A stretch of DNA of 64,000 bases, taken from positions 12,524,001-12,588,000 of the forward strand of contig OZ234494.1 of NCBI GenBank assembly GCA_965153455.1, read 5' to 3'. This document shows, piece after piece, positions 1 to 16,200 of this stretch. The notes below the pieces were generated by a model. It was not told where the DNA came from, searched no databases, and saw nothing but the letters and a program-made list of their open reading frames with translations. The stretch's first letter is position 1. The number at the start of each line of letters is the position of its first letter. This DNA is from Sphagnum compactum (taxonomy: Eukaryota). Position numbers and translations under genes: made by a program.

Positions 1-2400
1 ATTGATTACATGCAAATTCATATTTTGAAACCAAGTCGAAGTCATGGAGTTTGTAGCTACAAGTAATGGTTGATCATCAAAGGTGGTTTCAAAATGTATT
101 TGCTAGCATGCCAAATTTTATGAACGATTTCCAAAGTTTATAATTGTCAAACCTTTACTAAAGAAAAATCTTTCATGGTTTATTCAATTCTAAAGAGGGA
201 TTTCAAAATGAGATATCCATTACATCTTGGGGGGTAAGGGTTACCCACTTCTACCTTGGTTCATGATCCCTCAAAAGAAACCAACGAATATGAAGCACAT
301 TATTTTGGAAGTTATCTTCAACATACAATTGTATAGGGGGAGGAGTGTCATGGAGAATATGTTTAAGATTTTGGAGAAGACAATCAAAGAATTGTTACTT
401 AAAAGCAACTTGCATGTTCTTTTCCTTCTTGATGTTGTTTCATGTTGTTATATGTTGCCAAATTTGATATTAGATGGAAGAGATGTAAACATAGATGCAT
501 TGATGTTACAATTGGAACAAGAAAACCAATAATTAAATCTTTGAGGCGGAAGGAGACAATAACAAGACAAAATTAGGATTGAGATCCATTGAGGTAGAAG
601 TTACATTAGAAGGTAATGAAATTTTAGGATCAAACCAACAACTTGTTTGTCGAACATTTCTTGGAAACAAAAGGTCACACAGAGAATGAAAAACTTGTGG
701 GGTCCAAATTGAATTTCATGTTGAAAATTGAAATTGAAATGTGCTTTTAAAAATCAAATTGTTTTGAATGTTGAATATTGCCTTGAAAATATGAATTGGA
801 ATTTTTTTCAAAAATCAAGTTTTTATTACTATGACTATTACAATACTACTTATTGAAGTTGGCCATCATTGTTGTTGCCTTGAAAATCTAAATTGGAATG
901 TGTTTTCAAAAATCAAATTACTACTACTACTACTCGTTGGAATTACAGCTCACTGTTGCTCATTAGAATTGTTACATTTTGTGGTTTCTTATAAAATGAG
1001 AATTCAAAAAAAGCAATTGATGAAGGCATGAATGTCTTGTCTTTGATGAAGATACGATACATTATAGTGTTCAAGTTTGACAAAACATTACCATGTTTTT
1101 GCTCAACTTGTGTTTTTCCTTGTATTTATTTTTCAAGTACTTTGTTTTTCCCTTGTCAATGTCCAATTGAATTACATTGATCGGGTCCATTACCTAAAAA
1201 ATTACCTTGTTATTATTGTCCATTGCCTCAAATGTGCATGAAAACAAATGTGCATTTCCTTTTTGCACCAATGTTCCTAAAAGTTGTTATTGTTGTAGTT
1301 GTTGGTTATTTTGTGCCTTTCATAGGTGGTGTACAATTTTGAATTCCATTTTTAATAATGATGATTGGAGGACAACAAGGTTGGCTAAAGCCGAAGGATG
1401 TCCATGTCAAATGGTTGTCAAAGTGTATGACATTATTTGGATTAATGTTTCCCTAATTAAAATCATGACCAAATTTTTGTTAATTTTCTTGGTTATTTTC
1501 AAGAACATCATTGTCCCCACACACATCTTGCATGAATGACCTTAGAGGGACATTTTCTTCTTGTACTTCTCTTGACTATACATAAATGCATTGCTTGGTG
1601 CTTGCAAATTCTACACATACTTTGATGTATTAACATTCCTTTTCCCTTGAAAAACTTTGATAGCATTGTAACATTCCTCATTAAACAACATTGGCAAATG
1701 AATTTTTTTTTTTTTCCAACACTCATCTCCCAATAAGAAGTGTTATGATTTATACCTTTATGATAGTTTACAATTTTCTTGTAATCGTTATTAAGACAAT
1801 TCCATTTGTCTTTACACCTCTTGTTGTTGCATGCAATTTTTGATCTTGTAATTATTTGTAGTTTTTCAAAAAAATCGGTGCATCTTTGTGCTAGAAGATT
1901 CAAATTTGCTTTTGGATTGAAATTCTACTTCAGGGTGTTGTGCTCTTTGTGTTTGTAGTTAATCAACTCAAAGACATTGTCTTGACTCTAGTTTGAATTG
2001 TGTTGGCTTGAGATACTCCCCCTTCCTTTGACTCTCCCTTTTCCCTTTGTAGTGTCCATTGAAAAAACAAATTTTTCCATTGCAATGTCCATTGAGTTTG
2101 AATTCAACATTGTGTTGCAAGTACCAAGACTCTATAGAAGTTCTTTGGAAAAAATCTATGGTGGAAGCCATGCCAAAACTCTACAAAAGCTCTAGGGTGG
2201 AAGCTTTACAATATTCAAAGATTTGTGGTGCATGCAGAAGGTCTATGGCAAAAGCTTTGGTGTGTTCAAGCTTTATGGTGGAAGCTCTATATTGTTCAAG
2301 ATTTGTGGTGTGTGCAGAAGGTTTGTGGTAAAATCTTTGGTGTGCTCAAGCTTTGTGGCACAAGAGTTTTGAAGCTCATGAGAAGAACTTGAGTATGCGG
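1..2400. mobile_element. Degenerate PIF/Harbinger DNA transposon remnant (DDE nuclease on +, Myb/SANT-like DNA-binding ORF on -), truncated at window start
   Basis: + ORF 227..532 has the HARBI1/DDE_Tnp_4-like motifs G(G)KGYPLLPWFMIP and FN..L.RGRSVMEN.F.IL. - ORF 1508..1903 has a trihelix/Myb-like CKDKWNCLNNDYKKI..YHKG...SYWEMS. Two convergent ORFs are typical of PIF/Harbinger. Many stops and frameshifts. Confidence 0.75.
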
Positions 2401-3018
2401 AACGAGGAAACTCCAAACCGCAGATGCAAGTTGCGATTGTCAATAATTTGTCACATAAGTTTTGGAGAAGTTAGTTTAACGACAAATTTAAGGAACAAAA
2501 TGTTCATTTTCTGAAGATTTAGTCACCATGATGTTTGCTTAAAACTTCCTTTAACACAAATAATTAGTGTGAATGGTATTGATGACACATCAGCAGCCAC
2601 CTCAGCTATCTAACCAAGGACTGCAACGTGTGTGAACAAAGCTAGTTAATTACTTGAGGTGTGAACGGAGCAATAGTTCCCTAAAGTCCTGGTCTTCCTG
2701 TAAACGTCAAAGTTGGGAATTTGCACATGTCCCCGAACGATGGGTGCAACAGCGACGCGCACATTGCGCGCGCAGGCGGGCGAGCGGGCGGGAGGGCAGG
2801 TGAGTGGGCGAGCGCGCGCACGTAGTAGACAGGGGGCAAAGCTTTTTGCTCGCAAAGCTCTCGTGGATCACCAACCGCGCTAGCCTGCTTCTGCGCCAGT
2901 ACTTACTCTTGTCAAGGTCAGTAGCAATCTAACGCTACTCTCATCGCCCTCCATCACACAAACAGCTTCATGTTCATCTAGATCGTACCTTTGGGTGCAG
3001 GAGTCGGAAATACCCGTC

Positions 3019-4900
<1,882 letters not shown>

Positions 4901-6709
4901 TGGAGTGTTCAGGGAGTTTTATCCTTGTCACCAAGCCAATGATATGAGTTGCTAGTCATTTTACTGAACAGAGCATGTCCAAATTCTTTCTCCTGTTGGA
5001 GGGTTGGGGTATGACCCTGCCTTACTTTTTGTTGATGTCAATCATTTTTCAAGGAAGGTGGTGCTGAGATTTGATGGATAGTGAACCTCAACCATTTGCA
5101 TAAGAAGACAAATTTCTCTTCTTGTTGTGTTGTCATTGTTGCATGTAGTTCTAATTGAGCACCTTGCCTCCAACATGGGGGTAGTACCCTGGATTCTCTT
5201 GTCACCTAGTGAGGTAAATTGGTCAAGTCATAAAGGTGGGTTGCACTGTTGCCCAGAACCTTCAAAGATTGGGAGCTTGGTCAATATTGTCATTCATTTC
5301 TTGGCAATTGACTTGAAAGTCAAGGAATTCATATAACCATGACTTTTACTCAGAAGTCTTATGGAAGTGAGAGGAGTAGTCAAAAGGATCAGCAAGTAAA
5401 TTGACATGTACTTTCTCAAACTTCAGTTGTTAGTGGATGAATTTTTCAAAACTTTGTATCCAAATCCTCATCTTCTGGACCAGTGATTATTTTAAAGAGC
5501 TTCCAACTGTTCAGAACTGACTGAAAAAAGTAGATGGAATCTCACCCAATTTGTATTAAGAGCATGGATTACACTCTACTAATCTCAGTCGGAAACACCC
5601 TTGCACTCTTGCAAAGCTGCAATAGGATCTTGTTTTGTGGGTGACACTGTAGAGACATTAATGGACCTAAAAGTGGAACAACTTGCTTGAAAGTATGACC
5701 TGATTGATAACTCAATAGCTCAAATTATTTGGTGACTATCATTGATTGAGTTGGGTTTCAGTTCCTTGGCTAACAATTGTTACTAACAACCATATAGTAT
5801 CATCGCATCACAACACCAGTACCTATCCCTCTCCCCGCCTTCAAGTATGACTCAAACAATTGGCCAATACTAATGAACATAAGGAATAATTAGTCTTTTT
5901 CTTTTTCTTGTTTTAAAGGTTCAAACATTTCCATTTCATTACACATGTATTTCTTTCACTCATTTAAAGAAGTAATATAAGAGCCCCTGATTGGATTTGA
6001 ACCAAACCATTTGAAGATCAGGAAATGGTTTGGAGATTTGGAGGTGGACAAGACTTCCCTCAAATTTAAAGCAAAATATAGCATTGGGGAAAAACCAAAA
6101 AGTTTTAATTAAATGATCGAACAATAGTCAACAAACCTTAATAGAAGGAGCGGGAAATTGGTTAAGGAGGAGAAGCTATTGCTTGTATAAGATAGACCTT
6201 GACAAGCAATGGGTATTGCATATATTTTGGTCAGAAGAAATCCTGACATGTGTCTGTTGTGTGGAATAATTCTTTATAAAAATGACAATGTTTTGGGAGA
6301 TTTGAATTGTAATTCACAAATGTGGATGTTATATGCCTAAATTGTTTTGGACGCATTTGGCCTAAGTGCTTTTGGTGTTGTTAAATCGCATTTTGCTAAC
6401 CCTTGCTGATTGCTCTCCACAAATTGAAAGAACTAGTTAAGAACCACAACCCATGGCATGGTTTTTTAAAACTTAAGAAAGAATCCATATGCATATAACC
6501 AGCTGTTTTTTTATCATGAAAAATTTGGTTCCGAAAAGGACCTTGAAAATTGAAAAATGAAATAACCACAACTGAACAGGGGTATTTAAAACCAAAAGAA
6601 ATGGATGATACTCAAATCTAATAATGATGGTCCACCATGATGGGTTATGAAAGAATTAAAACCATGGTTCTTTGAAGATTCAAATCATTGCACAACATTG
6701 GTCCAAAAC

Positions 6710-7505
6710 CAATGTTGAGTGGGCATAAAAAAATTGTTTCATAGGGTAATGGTTTCGCCTAGTTCTTTAAGAAAAAACCAAAAGGTATCAAAACAGCTGA
6801 TACCAAGGTTAATAACTCACCCGTTAGGTATCAAGTTGTACATAACTAGTTGGCGAAGAATCGGGTTCCCCTTAAAGTTTTTGGAATTTCGTTTAAAATT
6901 TGTTACAGTAATAATGGTATTACTTAAAGTTGATTGAACAGGCGCAATATCATGCTTTTTTTTTTTCGCATGAGTTTTTTTTTAATGTTTCTATTTTTTT
7001 GATATCATTGATTGGGTTTTTTGATGATCCATCTTATCTGTTTACTAATACAAAATTCATTTTGTAGAAAGTAATAAGAAGTTTATACAAAATAATCCAT
7101 TAAACGAGAAAGTATATGCCACAAATTGAACCCTAAGTAGATTATATTAGTAATTTTCAGTTCTAGTTCTCAACTAGGGTCTTGGGACATAGGATACCTA
7201 GGGGTAGGGTTTAGGCTATTTCAAAACTTATAAAGTATTTTGTTAATTTGTGTGCCGGCCATTCAAATATTTCAAAGGTTATTAAATATTTTGTGATTGA
7301 AAATAAGTTTAATACTACAACATTTTTAATTGTAAATATATGGAAGAACCGTTTTATATAACCAACTAAACTATGAAAAAAAATTAAGAACCTTGAAGGA
7401 TATGAAAATATTGAAATTAAAAAAATTATCTAAGTTCTTAGAAAAAATAAATTGAAGGAATTGAGGTGATGGCTATTGAAGAAAATTAATACCTACCCAA
7501 CATTG
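6710..7505. mobile_element. Non-autonomous hAT-like element (MITE), degenerate
   Basis: Imperfect terminal inverted repeats caatgttgagtgggcat ... atacctacccaacattg, flanked by a near-duplicated target gtccaaaac / gtccaaac. AT-rich, non-coding interior. Confidence 0.55.
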
Positions 7506-10500
7506 GTCCAAACAATATACATCTTGTGTAGGGTAATTGCAAGCTAGAGTGAATAAAAAATGGCACAATAGGTTTCTCGAAATATATATATTTTTGTAGT
7601 ACTTTTTTATTGTGACATTGTTGCAACATTATTGGATGTCAATGTTTGAGATTTTAAATTTTCATATTTTCCAAAATTAATTAATAGTGACCATCTAATA
7701 CACCGTAATATATAAGGTTTGTAAAAAAACGTATAAAAATTTCATAAAATTCGTGTCATGATGAAGTTCATTTTTTTCTTCAATCATGGTGCCCTTCAAA
7801 GTCCCCCAAAATTTCATGCCATCTTGAAATGGTTGGAACCCCCTATTTTGAATTGCTTATGACATTAATGATGGTGGCCCATCAATAAATGGACTTGTCA
7901 TTACAAACTATGATTATGGTGAGCCCATTTACAAATTTTTTAATGGACTATTATGATGGAGGGCATACACATTGGAAAGTTCCCCACTTGGTGTAAAATG
8001 TTAATTTTCTAATTTTAAAAGATTACACCTAAGTAAATTACATGAGAATCACATATTTGAGTCCCTTTCCATGAAATACAAGAAGCATTTGACTTGGGAC
8101 ACATTATAATCCACAAGGGTGTAGAAAAAACTACTATGTTATGGAATTTTATGGACATTGTAGTTTGCAAACACCCAATAGTGGATCATTTAACCTTTAA
8201 TTATGTCATGTGTCTATTGTATGAAATTAAGAGATGGGAAATTTTCCACTCATATTGTTGTAGAAAATTAGTCATAAACCTCATGCAATGTTCAACAACC
8301 TAAAATGATGAGAATAATAATATTTGGGAGGTCCTTTCCATCAAAGGAATTTATAAATTATTTATTTGTTTCCAACTACCTCAAATGCAAACAATGTAGG
8401 AAAAAATAAATTGTTGATAATTTGATTGACATATTATTCTTTAACATAAAAAACATAAGACATTTTGATGGAAAAATGAAGAAGTAGAAGATTTAAAACA
8501 ATTTCAAAATTTTGATGCAGATGGAACCAAAACTATAAAAATGAAAAATAAAAAATAGCATTTATTTGATATTCTCCATCATAAATTATAATCATCTTGT
8601 AAGTTGTAACTCCGTCATTTTCTTTTTTAATAAAAAATAAAAAATATATATTTTCCAAATTTTTTACCTTTAAAAAGAAATTACAACATCCTTCAAATTG
8701 TGGAATCCACCAATAATAACATCACCTACCTACAAACCATATCACACAAAAACTTGGCTTTTCTTCAATTTTGTGGTTTCAAAAGTTTGGCAAATGTTTC
8801 CAAAAATGTTAACAATTGTTTTTGATTTTACACTTTTTTTGTCACCAATAATGTGAAAGTTTGACCACTCCCCCCCCCCCCCCCCCAAAAGGTTGCAAAC
8901 AAAAGCATCATAGAACATGTAGGGTTAGGAAAAATTTACACCACAAACCATATAATAATTTACAATGCAAAAAAAAATCATAATAATTTTACCCTCATAG
9001 AAAGGCCATCATTCAAAAATGTGTAATTAGTCCATGCAAATTTACATGATGCAAACAATTTCCCATTTTCTATTGGGTTATTTAAGCAATGTCATAACCA
9101 ACTTGTTTAGTACCCTCCCACTTCTAATTTGGGCGGTTTCCACCATTGGAACCAACTTGTTTCATTTCATCCCATTTTTTACTTGTGTAATATGCAACTT
9201 GTTTAACTTTGTCCTAAGTAGCTCTTGTTACTCCTTACATTTGTTCCTAAGTGGCTCCAACTATTCCTTTGTGCCTTTTCCTAACTCATTGCAACGACAT
9301 CTTGTGCCTTCTCTTGAATCACTCCAACAATATCTTGTGATTTTCTCATCCATTCATTTAAACTAAATCAACAAGTGACCCATGATTAGAGGCCCATGGC
9401 TTGAATGAAATGTGTATTTTTATATTATTGAACTTGATTATAAAGACTTATTTAATTATCTATCAAATTGAACATCCCATCAAGTTGAACACCTTGGTCA
9501 AAATGGCCAATGGGTTCTATTTAAATGGGACATAAGTCAAGTTAGACACACCGAAATGACATGCTTGCTCAAAATGACCAAATTTTTTTAGTCAAATTGA
9601 AAATTATATGTTAGTTAATAGGACAAGTTAACTAACTATTCCTAGGCTAGATAAGTAACTCAAAAGACAACAAGCTACCAATTAGGTTCACTACATAGTG
9701 ACATGGTCCACTACATAGTGGCTTTCATTTTGCAATCCTTTAATTTACTATGAAATTCACACACAAATGTAACTTTAGTGAAATAGTAATAAGTTTGATA
9801 TTGTTTTTATTGCAACCCAACTACAACATTATAACGAACATTTTATTGTTCAACCCATTGGGCCATATACTAAGGTCCACTGTCCCATGTGCACAAACCA
9901 ACCTCACCTTGTTCACCACTGTCCAACTAACAAAGTTTTAGAAATCATAATTGAATTAGTACTAACTAGCATTACCATCAACTCACTACCTTGATTTATA
10001 AGTCACTTAATTAGTTATTACTTAGCTGTTAATCATTACTTGGTTAATATTCTAGTTACTTATTTTTAAATTAAAAAAAATTTAATAAACAATTATAAGT
10101 AATAATTTTGTTAATTAGTTATTATTTTAGTCATTTATTTTTCTAGTTATGAATTATGAATTAATAATTTATAACTAGATAATTAGTTAATTTATCATTA
10201 AATAATTATTAATTAATAATTAGTTAGTTAATTAAATAAATAGTTAGTTATTTACTTATCTATTTAGTTATCTAATTTAAAAAATTAAAAATGAAGACAT
10301 TGAAAGATATGAAATAAACTTTTTAGTTACAACTTCAATTTTTATCCCATATGTTTTGTCTTCCATTTCCATCTTGAAAATTATATAAGGAGAAGGCTTT
10401 GTCCTACACTTGCACATAATAAAATACATGTCAATTGGGATGAGCCAATCAAAGGAATTTAAAAAGTTTAACTCCAAAGGTTAAACTTAAAAGAAATTTA

Positions 10501-13114
10501 AAATATTTTCCTACCTCCTTATCATACTTACCTACTACCTACCTACATAGTCCTTCCTACCTACCTACCTACCTAAATACTGGTTTTTGATTCACTTTGA
10601 CCAAAATCCAAAAATGTCACATGGCATATTGGTATTATGCCATGTGTCACAATCTAAAACCATTTAAATTATACGATGAGGATTCCCTATCTATTCTTAA
10701 AATAAAAATTTGAAACCTTTTTCATTTACCACGTGTCATTATGTAAGTTGCTGATTTTTATGGTAATATATAAATGGCATATAATAATATATAGATGGTG
10801 AAGTATTTGTTGACCATTGACTTCATTCACACTTCCAACTAGTGTCTTATGCAACTTCTCTAATACAACTACATAATTTTTAGTGTAAATGTCGTTTGCG
10901 AATAGAATATAGTTGCAAATGATAGTTTTTTTCCACCATCCTAGTTTTGATGTAACTACTCCAAAACCAATGGGAACATGAAACAACCATCAAGTTAGAA
11001 TGAAGTGATTTGACATACCTATCCAATTACAAAAAAACTTTAGATCCATTTTGAAGCTAACACAACAATGAAGGCCAACATAACCTCATGTGAGAAGAAT
11101 TCCCAAAATGTCATAACATCACTTTCATAACAAATAGTAGTTCAATGCATCGAGCTTGAAGGCTTTAGCTACTAGCAAGCACACCAAGTCATTGTCAACC
11201 CCCTCGGTAAATACTTGCAATCCATTGTTATAACTCAGTTCACAATTCATTGAAGACATATTCTTAAAATGGAACAAAACCATCAAAACAGGGTCAATGT
11301 CCCCAAATCTAGAGGCCATTTTGTTGGATGATGCAAAGGTCCTAAAATTTGGTTATCAAAGGAGCAACTTAAACTTGAGTTGGAATTCAGCTCAAGTTCC
11401 TTTAGTTGTAGAAGTTGGGCCACAAAGGTGCTGCTATAACTATTGGAAATTCCACCTTGCAAGATCATGGCTAGTTGTTTGTAATTTGTGGCAACTACAA
11501 TAGCAGTTTGAGAAATTACATGAAATTAATAGATAATAGTTTCCTTCTTCCCTGTTGTTTGATCTATTGGAGCACCAGTCAACTACTTCATTCTAAAATT
11601 TGTGTGCATGGATATACTTGCCCTATTCAAGTATTTGTAACATGGCACATGCATTGAACACATGTGAATAAAAGTGAAATTGTTAAATATATGGCCTTCA
11701 TGCTACAATTATTGAAACAATTGTATTATCTTTTAAGGTTGCCACCATTTGACATATATCACAACCTTTGTATTCCATGAAAAAAAATTCATTATATTGT
11801 TCCTGATGCCATTACAAACATCCATTGCTTGAAACAACAAGGCCCGGATATTTTTTGACAAATCCTTCCTTCAATCAATTTACTACCATCTCTTAAAACT
11901 TTATGAGATTATTTCAAGCATATCTCATGTAAGCATCCTCATGAAATTCACGCATGGATGACACGAGTCTTCAAGTCACAACAATAATGACCACCCAACA
12001 ATATCATATCTCCCTCCCCAAAAGTTTACTACTAACTAAAGAAATGTCACAAAATTTGAAATCTAACACAAAAGAATAGTTGCAAATATTTCTACTATGT
12101 CATAAGACTTCCTAAGGCTACCAAATAGTAAACAAATTGCTTATACGAAGGAACACCTATAAAATATTTCGGGAATGCCTAAACATGTAGAGCTATTCCT
12201 TTGTATGAGCAAACTGCTCAATGTTGATTGGTTAATTGTAACAACTAACTCTAGAACATGAACGGAGGTAGATAAATTATTCAACCTCATAAAATCTTCA
12301 ATCATTCATTTATGGCTTTGATATGCATGTAAGAGTGTAGGGTTGCACAAAAGAAACTTGGTGTGGATTTTTTAAGGCAATTTGTTTAAATATTGTACAG
12401 GATGAAAAGATGAAAGACTAAAAGAAAGAGGAAAAAGATGAAAAGAAGGAAGAAGAAGGACAAAAGGAAGAGGAAAAGAAGGTGGAAGAGCCTAAAGAGG
12501 GTCCATATGGTTATTGTCACCAGCAATAACGTTAATAGCCACTGCGTTTTACACCATACACCTACACACTTACAACACATCTAAGAATGGAAATACCCTA
12601 TCAAATCCAAAAATATCCACATAAAAAAATCATCTTATATGAAAGCTAGTAAACAAAACAAACCTATCAAGATGGATGACTTAAAAAAATGTTTCAGCTT
12701 TGATGGCAAAGTCAAAATTCTTGGTTTAGTTCCTAGTTCCCAGTTTCCATTGAGAAGGTTTAAATGTTTAGTTGGGGCATGCATCAAAACCTTTGAATTA
12801 TCATCAAAGCATTGTGATTTCACAGTTGTGGCATTTTTTTTTCTGCCAATTTTCCAAGCACATTTCTGAATGCATACCATATAGTAGACGTCGACAAACA
12901 ACAAAATAATACAATTGACATGGAAGTTTGACATAGGAAAAACAAGAGCACACTACATGACAAGAGATTGGAAGAAATACATGAAGAAAACATGAATAGG
13001 CGCATCAAGTAAGTACGTGCCAACACCTTCACTCACAACAACGCCAAAAAGATAGAAAGCATTGAGCACATTTGCAACGTTTTCACCTACGTTGCACCAC
13101 CACAACACTTGCCT

Positions 13115-13245
13115 ATTCCTATCTCTCTCCTTCTCCACATTCACATCCAAGAACACCTATTGTTCCCTTTATTTCCCCCTCTCCACACTCATGCCTAGGA
13201 ACACCTATCATTTCCTCTTTCTCCCCCTCTCCACACTCACGTCCA
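13115..13245. repeat. Short degenerate tandem repeat (~45 bp, ~3 copies)
   Basis: Recurring (c)tctccaca(c/t)tcac/tcat ... aacacctat motif. Confidence 0.5.
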
Positions 13246-16200
13246 GTAACAACATGGTATAACCATTAAGAAGAAACCATCATTGTCAATATTGGGGATG
13301 TGATGATAGTTGTGTGTCGCGAGGAGCATTGGCATTGAACAAAAAACGTAATGACATCATTGAGTGAAAAATGATGTTGGTTTAATCTTTTTGTAGATGA
13401 TTGCCAATTTGGCTACATCACAAAATTGGAAAAAGAAACCCGATTGGGGGGGACCTTTCGATAAACTAAACCCTAAAATTTTGTCGCTCCAATTTGTTGC
13501 ATGACAATGCTAAGGCTATAGTCAAACCTTGAAATCTTAGTGTTTCAATTTTGTCTTTGAGGCTAGAGTCAGTGCCATGTGGGAAAGTTTGTCGATGTTG
13601 AGAGGGATGAGTGATATCAAGCTCCATGTTAACAACTCAAACATTGCAGTGGTGGCTCCCCTTGATGCACGGGGCCTTATTATTACAATTTGTAGTCTTG
13701 GGACACCCTTCATCACCATATAGGACATGGGTTTGGCAACTCTTACATCAACAGTGGTTGTGGTGGCTTTAGTCCCTATCCTTCATTGAAGTGCATGTGG
13801 TTTCCTCTGAAAACTCTAAACTTTTGAGCTCATTGTCACAAGCAAAGGCATTTCATGTGTTTGATTTAAGGTTAAATGAGCACATGTTTTTTTGCAATGT
13901 TAATTTTTGCATCTAAATGTTTGGATATTTCATATAGTTTTCTTTTGGTGTTAAGATTAAAAAATCATTTAGATGTAGATATTGTAACACAATATTATTA
14001 ACGATGTTTTGCAGGATATGGGCATGTGTTTAAGTGATAATGGCAGATGTGGTGTAAGTTAAGATGCTAACATGCAAGTTTTTTTTTGTTAGTATACTCT
14101 TGTTTTTGTTTCCCTAATTTTCTATTCTATTTTTGTCATAATGTTCAATACTTTTGAAGATGTTCATTCTTCTATCTTGATTGTGAATTGAAAGTGATTA
14201 TTAAAGGAAATAAATTTATTATTGAAAAATGGGGAACATTTTCAACATTATTTACAAAAAATTGTTTTTATTTTTCAATTATTTATTATTTAAATAAATG
14301 TGAATATAAATTTGAGATTTGGATTATGAAAATCGTATATGAAAATCGATTATTACCACATTTGTGAAAATTGGCATGTCTGGGAATTAACTTGGTTAAC
14401 AAGTTCGGATTAACAAGTTTGCATCATTTTTAGTAGATTATGTTTTAAGTTCAATAAAAAAAGGCAAACATTTTTTAACCTTCAAATGGAACAACCTTAT
14501 ACATGAACCTTAATAATCAATGTCAGTAATGATAGTAATTTCATTTTTTAATGATGATTCACATTCTAAATTTGAGCCTTAAATTCAAAATATTAAAATG
14601 TTTCAAACCCATTATGATCATTGCTATGCATTCAAGCTTCACCACAATTACCATTTTATGTTTCAAATTCTTTTGTAATTTGTACACAATTGCATTTGGG
14701 TATTAAAACTTGAATATGCACATAGTCCAATTGACACAACTTGTTTATTAATCTCGATCATTAAGTTTATGATTTCTTTCACATGCCTTAATCATTTATC
14801 AAATGAAGAAAACTATTGAGGATGGTCTACATAAAACATTTGATTTATTTGAATACCATTTCTCAATTTGAATTGTTTTGTGTTCGTGTTGGGTAAAAAA
14901 AAACCTACCAAATTAGAAACACAATTAATATTGGAAGCAATTTTTTTCAACCTCAACATCATTTTGACTAGTTATGGTTGTTTCAAGTTAACGTATTCTA
15001 ATTTGTTGGAGCATTTTGTTCTACTTGGTGGTTACAATAAATAAATAATGAAAAGAAAATGAAAAAGGCTAGATGATGCAAATCAATAAATATAACTAAT
15101 CATTTAAATTAAATACAAGTAATGACACATTATCACTAGACATATTTCAATAAATAAATTATCACCACTATGAACTATATTCACTATGAATAATTTACCT
15201 ATTGAAATATGAATCTAGTAATGATACTAGACTATAGGTTACAATAATGTTAGGTTGTAATATAACTTTAATAAACAATATTAAGGTCAATTATCTCAAA
15301 TACATGTAGCTCTTCAATTTTGAAGGATGGGAACAAAGAGAGAGGAAGAAGATTGTGAGTATGAGGTGCAAGTAAAGTTAACACTTGCTTTAGTTTCAAT
15401 TTTCATTTTGATTTAAGGGTTGAAGAGTTGTAGATGTGAAGAGAAAGATAGAGATGAGAGACTAAACACATCATGGCATTCAACAACAAAATTGTGGCAC
15501 AAAGAATAGTTAAAAACTTGAACAAGAATGGTGTAAGGCTCGTCTAGAGTCCAAACAATGGTTTTAAAGTTAAAGAAGTATGAATGATGTTGATCAAACT
15601 AAAGATTATTGTGTTACCTCATTCATGCAACAATTCTAAACCATTGATTATGAAGGGAGAAGTTTTTCAATAGGTAAATTATCACCGCTCATCGAAAGTG
15701 TTAGAGATCTACTTTTTAGTGGATACAATTTTTGTTTTGAAGGGGGTTCTTCATTCATTTAGAGAGTCACAACCGTCAACCTAAGTTTCAAATAATGTGC
15801 ATACGCTTTGTGAACTTTTTGTTACTTTTGTTGTTAATATAATAAACCCAATTACATAATTTATTGCACATTTTTTTACAGGATTTTTTTAATTTTATGG
15901 AAAAAATTTCATTTATAAGACCAAAAATAGGAAACTATATTTGAAAAATCAATAAAAACTTTCAATACTTCAGATTCTCACTTTCAAATGGATTTATGCT
16001 ATACATTGAAGAAAGTAAAGTTTAATTGAATTTAATGAAGTAAAATTTCATAATTATATGGAAGTCATTGACACATTTATTTTCAAACAAAAAAGAAAAC
16101 AACTCATATACTGTTGTTCTTTAATAAATATATAAAATTGCTTTCTGGAATTCAATCTTGAATGCCATACATGCAATGGCACTTCTCTTTAATTATTGAG

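Noticed and set aside
5981-6005. tRNA-like B-box/acceptor fragment on - strand (ggttcaaatccaatcaggggctc)
   Set aside because: Only a short 3' piece; no cloverleaf can be completed.
8990-13000. Coding-like decayed segments (9034-9366, 10700-12400, 12635-12950), probably old transposon ORFs
   Set aside because: Too many stops and frameshifts, and no motif I can assign with confidence.
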